From the sequence record NC_073083.1: a stretch of DNA of 44,963 nt. One strand, 5' to 3'. The notes under the pieces are model-generated. The model saw nothing but the letters and a program-made list of their open reading frames with translations. It made no database searches and was not told the origin of the DNA. Source of the DNA: Escherichia phage BF9. Made by a program: the position numbers and the translations under genes. Below are positions 35,331 to 44,518 of this stretch, piece by piece (position 1 is the first letter of the stretch; each line of letters begins with the position of its first letter).

Positions 35331-37617
35331 AGACTTCGAACGCCTGTTTCTCGACACCGAGACATTCAGCGGGGTGGACCTGAAGAAAGTAGGCGCGTAC
35401 GCCTACGCGGAGCACCCATCCACCGAAATTATGATTTGCACCTACGCCATCGACGAGGGCCGCGTGCAGACATGGGATTGCACTGAATCCCCTAAAATGC
35501 CGCGTGAACTGCGCAAGGCGCTCCGTCAGGTATCCCGCAAGAAAGCAAAAATCGTGATGGCTAACGGCCTCCTGTTCGACCGCCTGGTTATCCGCGAGAA
35601 GTGGGGTATCGACCTGCCGGTAAGCCAGATCGAAGATACAATGATTATGGCCTTTCGCCACGCGCTTCCGGGTAGCCTCGATATGCAGTGTCAGGTTCTG
35701 GGCGTTGACGCAGAGCACGCGAAGGATAAGGCGGGCAAGGCGCTGATTAAACGATTCTGTAAGCCTACCCCTAAGACCTACAAAATCCGCCGCTACACCC
35801 GCGAGACTCACCCGGAAGAATGGGCCAAATTTTTGCGCTATGCCGCGCTGGATATTATCGCAATGCGTGAAGTCTACTGGCGCATACCGGACTGGGGTAA
35901 TACTCCGAAGGAAGATGAAATCCTGCTTATCGACCAGTTGATCAACGACCGCGGCTTCTATGTGGACGTTGCCCTGGCGAACGCCGCGATCAAAGCGGTG
36001 CAGGCGCATAAGGAAGAATTGAAAGAAGAAGCCTGGGAGCGATTTGGCGGTAAGCTGACCGGCAATGACTTCCTGCCAATCCTGCGTGATATTGCGCCAG
36101 CATTCACAATACACAACGCGCAGAAATCCACACTTAACGACCTGCTTGAAGACCCGGACTTCCCCGACGAAGGCAAAGCGCTTATCGAAATGCGCCTCGG
36201 CGCGTCATCAACGGCATCGACTAAATACAATCCGCTCGTTAATGGCCTGTCTGCCGATGGTCGCCGCCGTGGGTGTCTTCAGTATGGTGGTGCAAAGCGC
36301 ACGCTGCGCTGGGCCGGTAAAGGCTTCCAGCCGCAAAACCTGGCACGCGGCGAGTATAGCGACGACCATGAAGGTAAGATTAAGCGCCGCGAGGGCGAAA
36401 GCGACGTCGCTTTCTGGGTCAGGTCGCACATGCTTACCAACGGCATCAACTCCCTGTTACGCGGGACCGCGCACTGGGCGTATGACATATCTAAGCTGAC
36501 CGCCTCGACCGTTCGCGGGTGCATCATTCCGGCGAAGGGCAAGAAGTTTGTCGTCGCGGACTACTCCAACGTGGAAGGGCGCGGCCTTGCCTGGATCGCT
36601 GGCGAGAAAACCGCGCTAATGGTGTTTAAGGCCGGTCGCGATATCTATTGCGAGACTGCCGGTAAGATGTTCGGCCTTGACCCGGATTACATCAAAGCCA
36701 ACCGCAAAGACTTGCGACAGATCGGTAAGGCGTGTGAGTTGGGACTGGGCTATGGCGGCGGCGTCGCGGCGTTCTTGCAGTTCGCTAAAAACCTGGGCCT
36801 CGACCTTTACACTATGGCGGACGTGATGAAAGGCACGTTCCCGGATCACATTTGGGCGGCGGCGAAACGCGGCTATGAGTACGCCCGCATTAACGAAGCG
36901 AAACGCCCGCCGAAGCCTGGCAAGAAAGACGAGCGCCCAACATACATACTGCCGAAAAACGTATGGCTGACGTGCGACGCGATCAAACGTATGTGGCGTG
37001 AGGCGCACCCGAAGACGGTAGCCTTTTGGGCCGAGCTTGAGGACGCGGTGTTGTGTGCAATCCGCAATCCGGGCAAAGCATACTGGGCGGGCGCGAACGT
37101 TCGCCTGGACGGTAGAAAAGCGCTCAAAATTGTTCGAACGAAGGCGAAGCATGACCCAACCTTCGACGAGGAGCGAGACGACCCGAACGCGGCAGGGTGG
37201 TGGCTTACAATTGAGTTGCCGTCAGGGCGCATCATGAGCTACCCCGGCATCGCACTGTCTGTCACGACCGAGATCGACGAAGACACCGGCAAGAAGTGCA
37301 CCAGTACCCGCATCAAATATCAGGGCGAGAATCAGACGACGCGCCAGTGGGGATTCCAGTACACCTACGGCGGCAAACTTACGGAGAACATCGTGCAAGC
37401 GTTGTGTCGCGATATTCTCGCGTGGTCCATGCCTGGCGTTGAAGCTGCGGGCTATGAAATCGTCCTGTCAGTGCACGATGAATTGATCACCGAAGTGCCG
37501 GACACTGACGACTACACGACCGAGGAACTTTGCGCGCTGATGTGCGACCTGCCGATTTGGGCGAAAGGCTTCCCACTTGCCGCAGAGGGCGATTGTATGT
37601 ATCGATACCGCAAGTAG
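35326..37617 (+). CDS. DNA polymerase, family A, with 3'-5' exonuclease domain
   Basis: 763 aa; FLDTET (Exo I), RQIGKACELGLGYGGG (motif B) and SVHDELITEV (motif C). Confidence 0.9.
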   Translation: MKDFERLFLDTETFSGVDLKKVGAYAYAEHPSTEIMICTYAIDEGRVQTWDCTESPKMPRELRKALRQVSRKKAKIVMANGLLFDRLVIREKWGIDLPVSQIEDTMIMAFRHALPGSLDMQCQVLGVDAEHAKDKAGKALIKRFCKPTPKTYKIRRYTRETHPEEWAKFLRYAALDIIAMREVYWRIPDWGNTPKEDEILLIDQLINDRGFYVDVALANAAIKAVQAHKEELKEEAWERFGGKLTGNDFLPILRDIAPAFTIHNAQKSTLNDLLEDPDFPDEGKALIEMRLGASSTASTKYNPLVNGLSADGRRRGCLQYGGAKRTLRWAGKGFQPQNLARGEYSDDHEGKIKRREGESDVAFWVRSHMLTNGINSLLRGTAHWAYDISKLTASTVRGCIIPAKGKKFVVADYSNVEGRGLAWIAGEKTALMVFKAGRDIYCETAGKMFGLDPDYIKANRKDLRQIGKACELGLGYGGGVAAFLQFAKNLGLDLYTMADVMKGTFPDHIWAAAKRGYEYARINEAKRPPKPGKKDERPTYILPKNVWLTCDAIKRMWREAHPKTVAFWAELEDAVLCAIRNPGKAYWAGANVRLDGRKALKIVRTKAKHDPTFDEERDDPNAAGWWLTIELPSGRIMSYPGIALSVTTEIDEDTGKKCTSTRIKYQGENQTTRQWGFQYTYGGKLTENIVQALCRDILAWSMPGVEAAGYEIVLSVHDELITEVPDTDDYTTEELCALMCDLPIWAKGFPLAAEGDCMYRYRK

Positions 37618-37665
37618 CGGAAACGTCAGGCAATATTGTCTGGCGTTTTCTTTTTCGGGGGGTAT

Positions 37666-38268
37666 ATGAAACATTGTGGGCGTTGTAATACGGATAAAGA
37701 TGAGTCCGCTTTCAACAAGGGTCAGTCGTGGTGTGCCAAATGCATGGCGGCGTATAAGAAAGAGAGACGTGATAAGGAAAGAGGAGCGCCGCCGCGCGAA
37801 GTATGGCGAGAGTATACCGGGGAGATCGTAACGTGCCGTCAGTGCGGGGAACGCAAGCCGCTTACGCCGGAAAACTTCCGGCCCGGAAACCGGGCAAGCC
37901 AGTCACACATTCGTAAAGAATGCAGGTCGTGCTCTAATAAGTCCCGCCGTGAGTACAACCACCGGACACCAGAGATCCGAGCTTACTATAAGCTCTTTCA
38001 GTACCGTAAGGCGGACGAAAGGAAGGGGCTAACCACCGACCTAACCACCGAGGACGTGCTACGCCTTACTTCTCAACCATGCGCATACTGCGGATTCACC
38101 GGCGACAATGGCGCGGACCGACTCGACAACGCAGTAGGCCATACGAAAGATAACTGCGTGCCGTGCTGCGTAGAGTGCAACATAGCCCGCGGGGACCGGT
38201 TTACCCCGGACGAAATGAAGAAGTTTATCGGACCGGCCATCGCGGCCGTAAGGAAAAGCCGACAATGA
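37666..38268 (+). CDS. HNH endonuclease-like, Cys-rich (zinc finger) protein
   Basis: Several CxxC pairs (CGRC, CAKC, CRQC, CRSC, CAYC, CCVEC) and DRLDN...GHT...N, HNH-like; start at MKHCGRC with RBS GGGGGG. Confidence 0.5.
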   Translation: MKHCGRCNTDKDESAFNKGQSWCAKCMAAYKKERRDKERGAPPREVWREYTGEIVTCRQCGERKPLTPENFRPGNRASQSHIRKECRSCSNKSRREYNHRTPEIRAYYKLFQYRKADERKGLTTDLTTEDVLRLTSQPCAYCGFTGDNGADRLDNAVGHTKDNCVPCCVECNIARGDRFTPDEMKKFIGPAIAAVRKSRQ

Positions 38269-38543
38269 CACCAGAAGGCAAGATACAAAGTCACCTGATG
38301 AAGCTGGTTAAAGCCGTTGGGGGATTCTGCCGAAAACTGGCATGGGAGGGGCGCGCAGGTGCGCCCGACCTGATTATTATCATCAACGGCAAAATAGTGT
38401 TCGTCGAAGTGAAGCGCCCCGGTGGCAAACCGAAGCCGCACCAGGTACGAGAACATGAGCGAATGGTCCGACGAGGTGCGGACGTTCGCGTCATCGACAA
38501 CATAGCCGACTGTGATTTATTGGTTGCTGAATTGGTCGCGTAG
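38265..38543 (+). CDS. VRR-NUC domain nuclease (PD-(D/E)xK)
   Basis: 92 aa; ...GAPDLIIIINGKIVFVEVKRPGGKPKPHQ... gives a D...E-V-K...Q pattern. Confidence 0.55.
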   Translation: MTPEGKIQSHLMKLVKAVGGFCRKLAWEGRAGAPDLIIIINGKIVFVEVKRPGGKPKPHQVREHERMVRRGADVRVIDNIADCDLLVAELVA

Positions 38544-38583
38544 CGGTATAGTGGGCCGGTTAGCACTATCGAGGATTTTAGAA

Positions 38584-38757
38584 ATGGTTGAAGAAAAACG
38601 TTGTAGTAATTGCGGTTGCGTCAAGCCGCTTTCCCAGTTCCACAAATACACCGGTAAGACTGCGCGCAGCCCAGACGGGTATCGGGCCGAGTGCAAATCG
38701 TGCCGCAATAAAAAAGAGCGCGAACGGCAGCGCCGCTACCGCGCAGCGCAAGAATAA
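38584..38757 (+). CDS. Small zinc-ribbon protein (57 aa)
   Basis: CSNCGC...CKSCRN pairs; internal start of track ORF 38512..38757. Confidence 0.4.
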   Translation: MVEEKRCSNCGCVKPLSQFHKYTGKTARSPDGYRAECKSCRNKKERERQRRYRAAQE

Positions 38758-38762
38758 TTAAT

Positions 38763-38790
38763 ATGGCGGGCTTGTCCCGCCATTTTTGGG
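38763..38790 (+). terminator. Intrinsic terminator
   Basis: TGGCGGGCttgtCCCGCCA followed by TTTTT. Confidence 0.6.
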
Positions 38791-38800
38791 AGACATGACG

Positions 38801-39019
38801 ATGAAAGAACATTATCGACTCACCACACTGGGCGAATGCAAACCTGGCGATCGCGTATGGTTTATCGCTGGCATGAATAACCCGCTGCCGTTGACGGTGT
38901 GCTGGCAAAAATTTAAGAGCTTCCGGGCGACGGGTGTGCACATCGGTCACCGCACCAACTACGACGCCACAAAAAGGAACTGGAACAGTGAGACAGAAGT
39001 CTGGAAAAAGGCGGAATAA
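38801..39019 (+). CDS. Hypothetical protein (72 aa)
   Basis: Internal ATG (MKEHYRL) of track ORF 38786..39019 with RBS GGGAGA. Confidence 0.4.
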   Translation: MKEHYRLTTLGECKPGDRVWFIAGMNNPLPLTVCWQKFKSFRATGVHIGHRTNYDATKRNWNSETEVWKKAE

Positions 39020-39023
39020 AGAT

Positions 39024-40448
39024 ATGGCACGATTCCGACGCCGCGAATATCAGAAGTTGATAACCGCGTTCATCCTCAAGCATAAGCGATGTAATATCTG
39101 GGCGACAATGGGTTCCGGTAAAACCGGCGCGACAATGTGGGCGCTGAATAAAATGTTCCAGACGGGTATCCTGTCCTACCAGGAGGACCGCGTACTGGTG
39201 CTGGCCCCGCTGCGCGTTGCGTCAGGTACGTGGCCCCCGGAGCAAGAAAAATGGCGATTCCCCGCCCTGCTGGTAGTAGACGGCACAGGACCAGAGAAGG
39301 ACCGCATAGCCGCGCTGGAGAGTAACGCTAATGTGGTTTGTGTTAACTATGATGTAGTTGAGTGGCTGGTTGACTATTACGGCGATGCGTGGCCCTTTAC
39401 GGTCGTTGTTGCCGATGAATCGACTAAGCTGAAAGGCTACCGAAGCAAGCAGGGAAGTAAGCGCGCACGCGCACTGGCGGCGATTGCACATAAGCACGTC
39501 AAGCGCTGGATTAACCTGACCGGCACACCAGCGCCAAACGGGCTGAAAGACTTATGGGGTCAGACGTGGTTTGTCGACGGTGGCGAACGCCTCGGCAGTA
39601 GCTATACGGCATTTACGGATCGCTGGTTTATTAGCAAGCCTGTTAAGCCTGGCAGCTTCACGATGCAGCACGCCCCGCTAAAGAACTCCGAGAAAGAAAT
39701 ACAACAACGCCTGTCTGACGTATCACTAACCGTTGACGCGGCTGAATACTTCGGATGTGACAAGCCAATATATACGCCGGTTGTTGTGGATCTGCCGAAG
39801 AAAGCCCGCAAGATTTACGACCAGTTTGAAAGCGAGCTATTTGCCGAACTGGAAAGCGGAACAGTGGAAGCGGCGAACGCGGCATCGAAGACCATCAAGT
39901 GCCTTCAGCTTGCTTCCGGCGCTGTGTATAAGGTGGACGAAGACGGCGAACGGACCGACGAGTGGGTGAAGATTCACGACGCGAAGCTGGACGCGCTGGA
40001 AAGTATCGTGGAGGAATTGAACGGGGCGCCGTTGCTCGTTGCGTATCAGTATAAGCATGATCTGGCACGTCTTAAGAAGAAATTCCCGCACGGCGTCGCG
40101 ATGGGTAAGGGTAAGCAAGGAAATAAGGATATGGAAGCGTGGAACAGGGGTGAGATCCCCATCATGTTCGCGCACCCGGCATCGGCGGGTCACGGCCTTA
40201 ACTTGCAGGATGGCGGACACCACCTTGCTATATTCTCAGACACCTGGAACTATGAGCACTTTGCGCAGATCGTGGAGCGTATCGGGCCAGTTCGCCAGAT
40301 GCAAGCCGGACACCCTCGTCCCGTATTCGTCTACATTATCCAGGCGCGCGGCACACTGGACGAACTGGTTGCCGAACGTCGCGACAGTAAGCGCGATATT
40401 CAGGATGACCTGATGGAATACATGAAAGCTAAAAAGGCGCGCAAATGA
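39024..40448 (+). CDS. Superfamily 2 DNA helicase (SNF2/DEAD-like)
   Basis: Walker A MGSGKTG, DEAH-like VVADEST, and a C-terminal helicase domain; start at MARFRRREYQ, internal to track ORF 38934..40448. Confidence 0.7.
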   Translation: MARFRRREYQKLITAFILKHKRCNIWATMGSGKTGATMWALNKMFQTGILSYQEDRVLVLAPLRVASGTWPPEQEKWRFPALLVVDGTGPEKDRIAALESNANVVCVNYDVVEWLVDYYGDAWPFTVVVADESTKLKGYRSKQGSKRARALAAIAHKHVKRWINLTGTPAPNGLKDLWGQTWFVDGGERLGSSYTAFTDRWFISKPVKPGSFTMQHAPLKNSEKEIQQRLSDVSLTVDAAEYFGCDKPIYTPVVVDLPKKARKIYDQFESELFAELESGTVEAANAASKTIKCLQLASGAVYKVDEDGERTDEWVKIHDAKLDALESIVEELNGAPLLVAYQYKHDLARLKKKFPHGVAMGKGKQGNKDMEAWNRGEIPIMFAHPASAGHGLNLQDGGHHLAIFSDTWNYEHFAQIVERIGPVRQMQAGHPRPVFVYIIQARGTLDELVAERRDSKRDIQDDLMEYMKAKKARK

Positions 40449-41140
40449 TAATTTGGTCATTGTTCGACGGCAGCGGCTTGATGATTGAGCGTGCGGCCGA
40501 GATGGGGCATAAGTGTTATTGCTTCAACTACTCCGAAGCCGACCACGGGTCGTACCTGGACTACCGGATTTATGGGCGCGGTATCCGATATCGTAATGAG
40601 TTTATCGATCTGGACTTCGTGGACCGCGCGATGAATGGTGATTTCGGCACGCCGGATATCATTTATGCATTCCCGCCGTGTACGGATCTGGCGGTTAGCG
40701 GTGCGCCAGCGTTCCCGCGCAAACGCGCCCGCGACCCTGCCTTCCAGCTTAAGGCGGTGCGCACCGCGAAGATCGCCGCTTACCTGGGTGATTTCTTTGA
40801 AGTGCCGTATATGATTGAGAATCCGCGCAGCGTGCTATCAACTCAATGGCGTAAGCCTGACCACTCGTTTGACCCGTGGGAGTATGGCGGATATCTGCCG
40901 GAGGATGACGTACACCCGTTATTCCCTGAATACATCAACGCCCGCGATTCATATCCGAAGCTGACCTGCTTATGGACCGGCAACGGCTTCCGTATGCCAG
41001 AGAAGAAACCTGTTTTCGTTGAAAAAGGGTACTCGAAGCAGTATAGTCGCCTCGGAGGCAAATCTGCCCGCACCAAATTAATCAGGTCGCTCACCCCGCG
41101 CGGCTTCGCGATAGCGGTTAACGAGGAAAATTTAAAATGA
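40445..41140 (+). CDS. Putative DNA (cytosine-5) methyltransferase-like protein, short (231 aa)
   Basis: LFDGSG (motif I-like), AFPPCTDLAVSG (PC catalytic motif-like), MIENPRS (ENV-like); shorter than typical C5 methyltransferases. Confidence 0.4.
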   Translation: MIIWSLFDGSGLMIERAAEMGHKCYCFNYSEADHGSYLDYRIYGRGIRYRNEFIDLDFVDRAMNGDFGTPDIIYAFPPCTDLAVSGAPAFPRKRARDPAFQLKAVRTAKIAAYLGDFFEVPYMIENPRSVLSTQWRKPDHSFDPWEYGGYLPEDDVHPLFPEYINARDSYPKLTCLWTGNGFRMPEKKPVFVEKGYSKQYSRLGGKSARTKLIRSLTPRGFAIAVNEENLK

Positions 41141-41460
41141 ATACTGCATTCGACGCCATCGACTTTTCAGTGGCAATGACCAATCAGCTTTTTTCCTACG
41201 ACAGTAAAACGGGCGTTATCCGCCTTAAGTCAACCGGCTGCAAGATTGGCAACCTCAATACTGCCGATGGCGGTACTCGTATCGAATGCAACGGCAAGAC
41301 GCTGTCTGGCGCACGCGTGGCGTGGATTATCGCGACCGGCAATACAATTCCACCAGGCTTCGCCGTTGTGTGCCGTCAGCGCACGCCAGGCCATTACGGC
41401 AACCGGATCAGCAATCTTTATTTGGTGGACGTTGCACGCGACCCGAACTTTTATGCGTAA
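41137..41460 (+). CDS. Hypothetical protein (107 aa), possibly a degenerate HNH-like DNA-binding domain
   Basis: Track ORF; the pattern ...NGKTLSGARVAWIIATGNTIPPG...NRISNL resembles HNH_3-type endonucleases but lacks the His. Confidence 0.3.
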   Translation: MNTAFDAIDFSVAMTNQLFSYDSKTGVIRLKSTGCKIGNLNTADGGTRIECNGKTLSGARVAWIIATGNTIPPGFAVVCRQRTPGHYGNRISNLYLVDVARDPNFYA

Positions 41461-41541
41461 ATTGGTTGCATAATCATATTGGTTGCATTATATTGAGGGT
41501 GTCCGGTTTGGACGCCCTTTTTAATACCTGGAGACGACACG
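41461..41541 (+). promoter_or_regulatory. Promoter with tandem TTGGTTGCA motifs
   Basis: aaATTGGTTGCATaatcataTTGGTTGCATTATATTgag gives TTGCAT-N17-TATATT. Confidence 0.5.
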
Positions 41542-41784
41542 ATGAGATCATTATTTTTCGACTACGACGGCGACCTTCGATTTTGGGTGATACTCACCCT
41601 CATGTTTGCCGTTTGTATTTTCGTACCTACCGCGGCTATTTACTACACGGAACGCTACGAATGCAAGACCGTGTATGCCGAGCAAACTGGCCGTAATACC
41701 CAATGGCGCTATGGAACTTGCTGGGTCGAGAAGGACGGCAAATTTATTCCACGCGATGAAATCCGCACTACGGAGATTAAATAA
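41542..41784 (+). CDS. Small membrane protein (80 aa)
   Basis: One transmembrane helix (FWVILTLMFAVCIFVPTAAIYY). Confidence 0.45.
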   Translation: MRSLFFDYDGDLRFWVILTLMFAVCIFVPTAAIYYTERYECKTVYAEQTGRNTQWRYGTCWVEKDGKFIPRDEIRTTEIK

Positions 41785-42243
41785 ATGAAAATTTTACAAG
41801 AAGAAAAAGCATACTGGGCCGCGCAATGCCTCGAAGCCCGCGAACAGGCCGACCGTGCGAACGCGTTGGCGGACACCAACCAGGCGCTATATGAAGGCGA
41901 GGAGAAGGCGCGCAAGGAATTAGAGGAGCGCTTCGATCTGCTGTATGAGTTGATGGGTATTATGCAGCGCACCGGATACACCACCACCGTCGCGCTAAAC
42001 CGCATCACTGCCGAAGGTCTGCGCGAGCATTGCAAACGTGCCGAGGAGTACGTGCGTCCGAAGGGTCGTCAGTCTAAGATCGACCGGAAAGACCTGGTGC
42101 TTATGGCGTGGCGCGCAAACGGTAGCTACTACTCCGATTGCCGACCGCTTAGCGTCGAGGGAGCAAAGCGCCGGCAACGCGTTCTAAACAGTGGTAAGAA
42201 AATTGCCCTGTACGCGATAGATCAAGACCATGCAGAAGAGTGA
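41785..42243 (+). CDS. Hypothetical protein (152 aa), coiled-coil N-terminus
   Basis: Track ORF, tightly coupled to its neighbours. Confidence 0.45.
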   Translation: MKILQEEKAYWAAQCLEAREQADRANALADTNQALYEGEEKARKELEERFDLLYELMGIMQRTGYTTTVALNRITAEGLREHCKRAEEYVRPKGRQSKIDRKDLVLMAWRANGSYYSDCRPLSVEGAKRRQRVLNSGKKIALYAIDQDHAEE

Positions 42244-42715
42244 GCAGAAAGATAGCTGGCGCACACCGCCAGCTTTATTTAAACCGCTTCGTCGGAAATA
42301 CCGATTCCGTTACGATATGGCGGCGAGCGACGCCAATCATCTGCTACCGCGTTACTTCACGGCGGAGCACAGCGCGCTTGATGTGGACTGGGCAGAGTTG
42401 AAAGGGTGGAAATGGTGCAATCCGCCGTATTCCGACCCGCTGCCGTGGGTGGAATGCGCAGCGCACGGTCGCCGGACTGTCATGCTACTGAATCAGGATA
42501 CGTCGACGAAGTGGGCGAAGTTGGCCCGGAAGACTGCAAACCTGATAATTCTTCTGGACTGGCGGATACGATTTATACATGCTGTCACCGGCGAAGTCGG
42601 TCCGAGCAATAACAAGTGCCAGCAATTGATAATCTTTGACGAAGCGCCGCCCATCGGCAGCGCACAAATTGAAATAATGAGCGAGAGTGAGTTACATGAA
42701 TATCTTAATCGTTGA
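42230..42715 (+). CDS. DNA N6-adenine methyltransferase (phage Dam-like)
   Basis: 161 aa with the NPPY motif (WCNPPYSD) and a conserved N-terminal WRTPP. Confidence 0.6.
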   Translation: MQKSEQKDSWRTPPALFKPLRRKYRFRYDMAASDANHLLPRYFTAEHSALDVDWAELKGWKWCNPPYSDPLPWVECAAHGRRTVMLLNQDTSTKWAKLARKTANLIILLDWRIRFIHAVTGEVGPSNNKCQQLIIFDEAPPIGSAQIEIMSESELHEYLNR

Positions 42716-42920
42716 CCGCGACCCCGAGGTCGTATACCGGATTCAAAAAGACTACGGCATCGACCAGCGCCGCGATCGTGTGAAGCGCGTGTCACGTCCC
42801 GAACATATCCAGGGCCTGGATCTTACCGGCTGGCTTGTCATGACACAGCGATGCCATTTCGTATGCAACTCCATTACCGCGCGCAGCGCCCGATACACCC
42901 TTATTGAGAGCTTAAAATGA
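42696..42920 (+). CDS. Hypothetical protein (74 aa)
   Basis: Internal ATG (MNILIVD) of track ORF 42687..42920. Confidence 0.35.
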   Translation: MNILIVDRDPEVVYRIQKDYGIDQRRDRVKRVSRPEHIQGLDLTGWLVMTQRCHFVCNSITARSARYTLIESLK

Positions 42921-43387
42921 AACTACTGATTTGTGATCTGGATGGCGTTATTAACGGTTCAAGTGATGCGCGCGCCGACCTGGTGCCGGGGATAAAAACG
43001 AAATCAACATTTTGGGCGAAGTGGCACAAAGCGCACGTACGCGAAGACCTGAACATGGATATGCTGCCGCTGTTGCGCATGTACAAAGAGCAAGGCTTCG
43101 AGATCGCGTATCTGACGAACCGGCAGCGCGAATGTTGGGACACCACCGCCGAGCAATTGGAGGTCTTCCCCGTAGGTCGATTGTTCATGCGCCACATGCT
43201 GGACGACACCCCGCCGCCAGAGTTTAAGGCGTGCGCCGTTTTCAAAATGGTCTGCTATGCGGACGTGTCGGAACTGGTCATCATTGAAGACTGTCCGAAG
43301 AACATCGCGGCAATTCGTCGGGCGTGTGGTGATTTGGTCCCGAAAATTTACGCAATAAACGTTGCAAAATTCACTTGCAACCAATAG
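42917..43387 (+). CDS. HAD-superfamily hydrolase-like protein (possible nucleotidase/phosphatase)
   Basis: N-terminal LLICDLDGVI matches HAD motif I (DxDG). Confidence 0.45.
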   Translation: MKLLICDLDGVINGSSDARADLVPGIKTKSTFWAKWHKAHVREDLNMDMLPLLRMYKEQGFEIAYLTNRQRECWDTTAEQLEVFPVGRLFMRHMLDDTPPPEFKACAVFKMVCYADVSELVIIEDCPKNIAAIRRACGDLVPKIYAINVAKFTCNQ

Positions 43388-43400
43388 GTTGGTTGCACTA
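43370..43400 (+). promoter_or_regulatory. Promoter/operator with inverted TGCAACCAA / TTGGTTGCA pair
   Basis: cacTTGCAACCAAtaggTTGGTTGCACTATAGtt: an inverted repeat that also gives TTGCAA-N17-CTATAG. Confidence 0.45.
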
Positions 43401-43450
43401 TAGTTAACGCGTCGGGAGGCAATACGGCCTCCCATAAACAGGGCCACATC

Positions 43451-43900
43451 ATGAAAGCATACGAATACTGCAAAAACGCCGCCACCACTATGGAACAGCG
43501 CGGAAAAGAAAACGGCTATGGCAACGCGAAAGAAGAACGCATCGCTAAACAAATCGCTGCCGTGTTTAACGCGCTTACCGGTCGCGACCTGACCGAGCAA
43601 GAAGCCTGGACCTTCTTGATTTGCCTGAAGCTGGTACGCCAGCACCGTAAGCACCGGGAAGACAATATCGTCGACCTGGTAGCGTATGCGGCCTTGCTGG
43701 GCGAGTCGTACATGACCGTACACGACGAGATTCAGATCGATACAACGGCAGCGCAATACGATAGACTTAAATACGGCGGCGCATTCCCCCCGGGCAAGAC
43801 TACGGTCGTGCTCACCGGCGAAGACGGATCCAAAATCCTCATGACGCCGGAAGACTTCCGCAACATGGAAAAAACACTGGTACGTAGCGCACTGAAATAA
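43451..43900 (+). CDS. Hypothetical protein (149 aa)
   Basis: Track ORF downstream of the promoter-like motif pair. Confidence 0.45.
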   Translation: MKAYEYCKNAATTMEQRGKENGYGNAKEERIAKQIAAVFNALTGRDLTEQEAWTFLICLKLVRQHRKHREDNIVDLVAYAALLGESYMTVHDEIQIDTTAAQYDRLKYGGAFPPGKTTVVLTGEDGSKILMTPEDFRNMEKTLVRSALK

Positions 43901-43942
43901 TTCTAATCGCGGGCCGAGGCCCGCATCAATGAGGACCACACG

Positions 43943-44518
43943 ATGTACGGCGAATATGAAATATCCGGTAAACAATTCCACCTGGCGGCAATGATCGCAA
44001 GCATCGAGTTTGACCAGTGGCGCTTAAAGTCCGACTCGTGCAAGCAAAGCCGTCTTGTCGGTGTTCTGGGCGAGATGTTTGCAGGTATGTACCTTGAGGG
44101 GCAGGCGGGCGGGCGTAGTTGCATACCGCAAGGCTTACTAATGCGTACCGGCCTGTTTAGCGCCAATACCATCGACCGCGGCGATATTATCATGGTAGGT
44201 AAGCGCAAGGTTAAATCTGGCCCCGACTTCCGCGAGCATGTGGTCGATGCCGTATGGACCTACGAGGTTAAGGCCACCAGCGGCATCCGTCGTGGACTGG
44301 TTGAGGCGCGTTGCGCTCGCGAATATCTGACCCGTCGCGTTGCCGGTGTTATCCTGGTGGGCGTATCGTTCGGGCAACATAGCGCGCACGGCGTGATTGA
44401 GGATATTGCGGAACCATACGTGATTGTGAACGACTGGCCCCTGGTGGAAGTGGAAGGAAAGGAATATTACGAAAGCCCGTTGGTACGGCGTAAAATGGAC
44501 TGGGAAAACTTAAACTAA
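43943..44518 (+). CDS. Hypothetical protein (191 aa), possibly PD-(D/E)xK-like
   Basis: Track ORF with RBS GAGGA; weak D...E-V-K pattern in GDIIMVG...DAVWTYEVKAT; last gene of the rightward block. Confidence 0.45.
   Translation: MYGEYEISGKQFHLAAMIASIEFDQWRLKSDSCKQSRLVGVLGEMFAGMYLEGQAGGRSCIPQGLLMRTGLFSANTIDRGDIIMVGKRKVKSGPDFREHVVDAVWTYEVKATSGIRRGLVEARCAREYLTRRVAGVILVGVSFGQHSAHGVIEDIAEPYVIVNDWPLVEVEGKEYYESPLVRRKMDWENLN

Noticed and set aside
38763-38790. GTCCCGC heptamer inside the terminator hairpin at 38763..38790 as a third iteron site
   Set aside because: A single copy forming part of a GC-rich stem (GGCGGG/CCCGCC) is most simply a coincidence of terminator composition; the iteron call is reserved for the two clustered arrays that share the leader.
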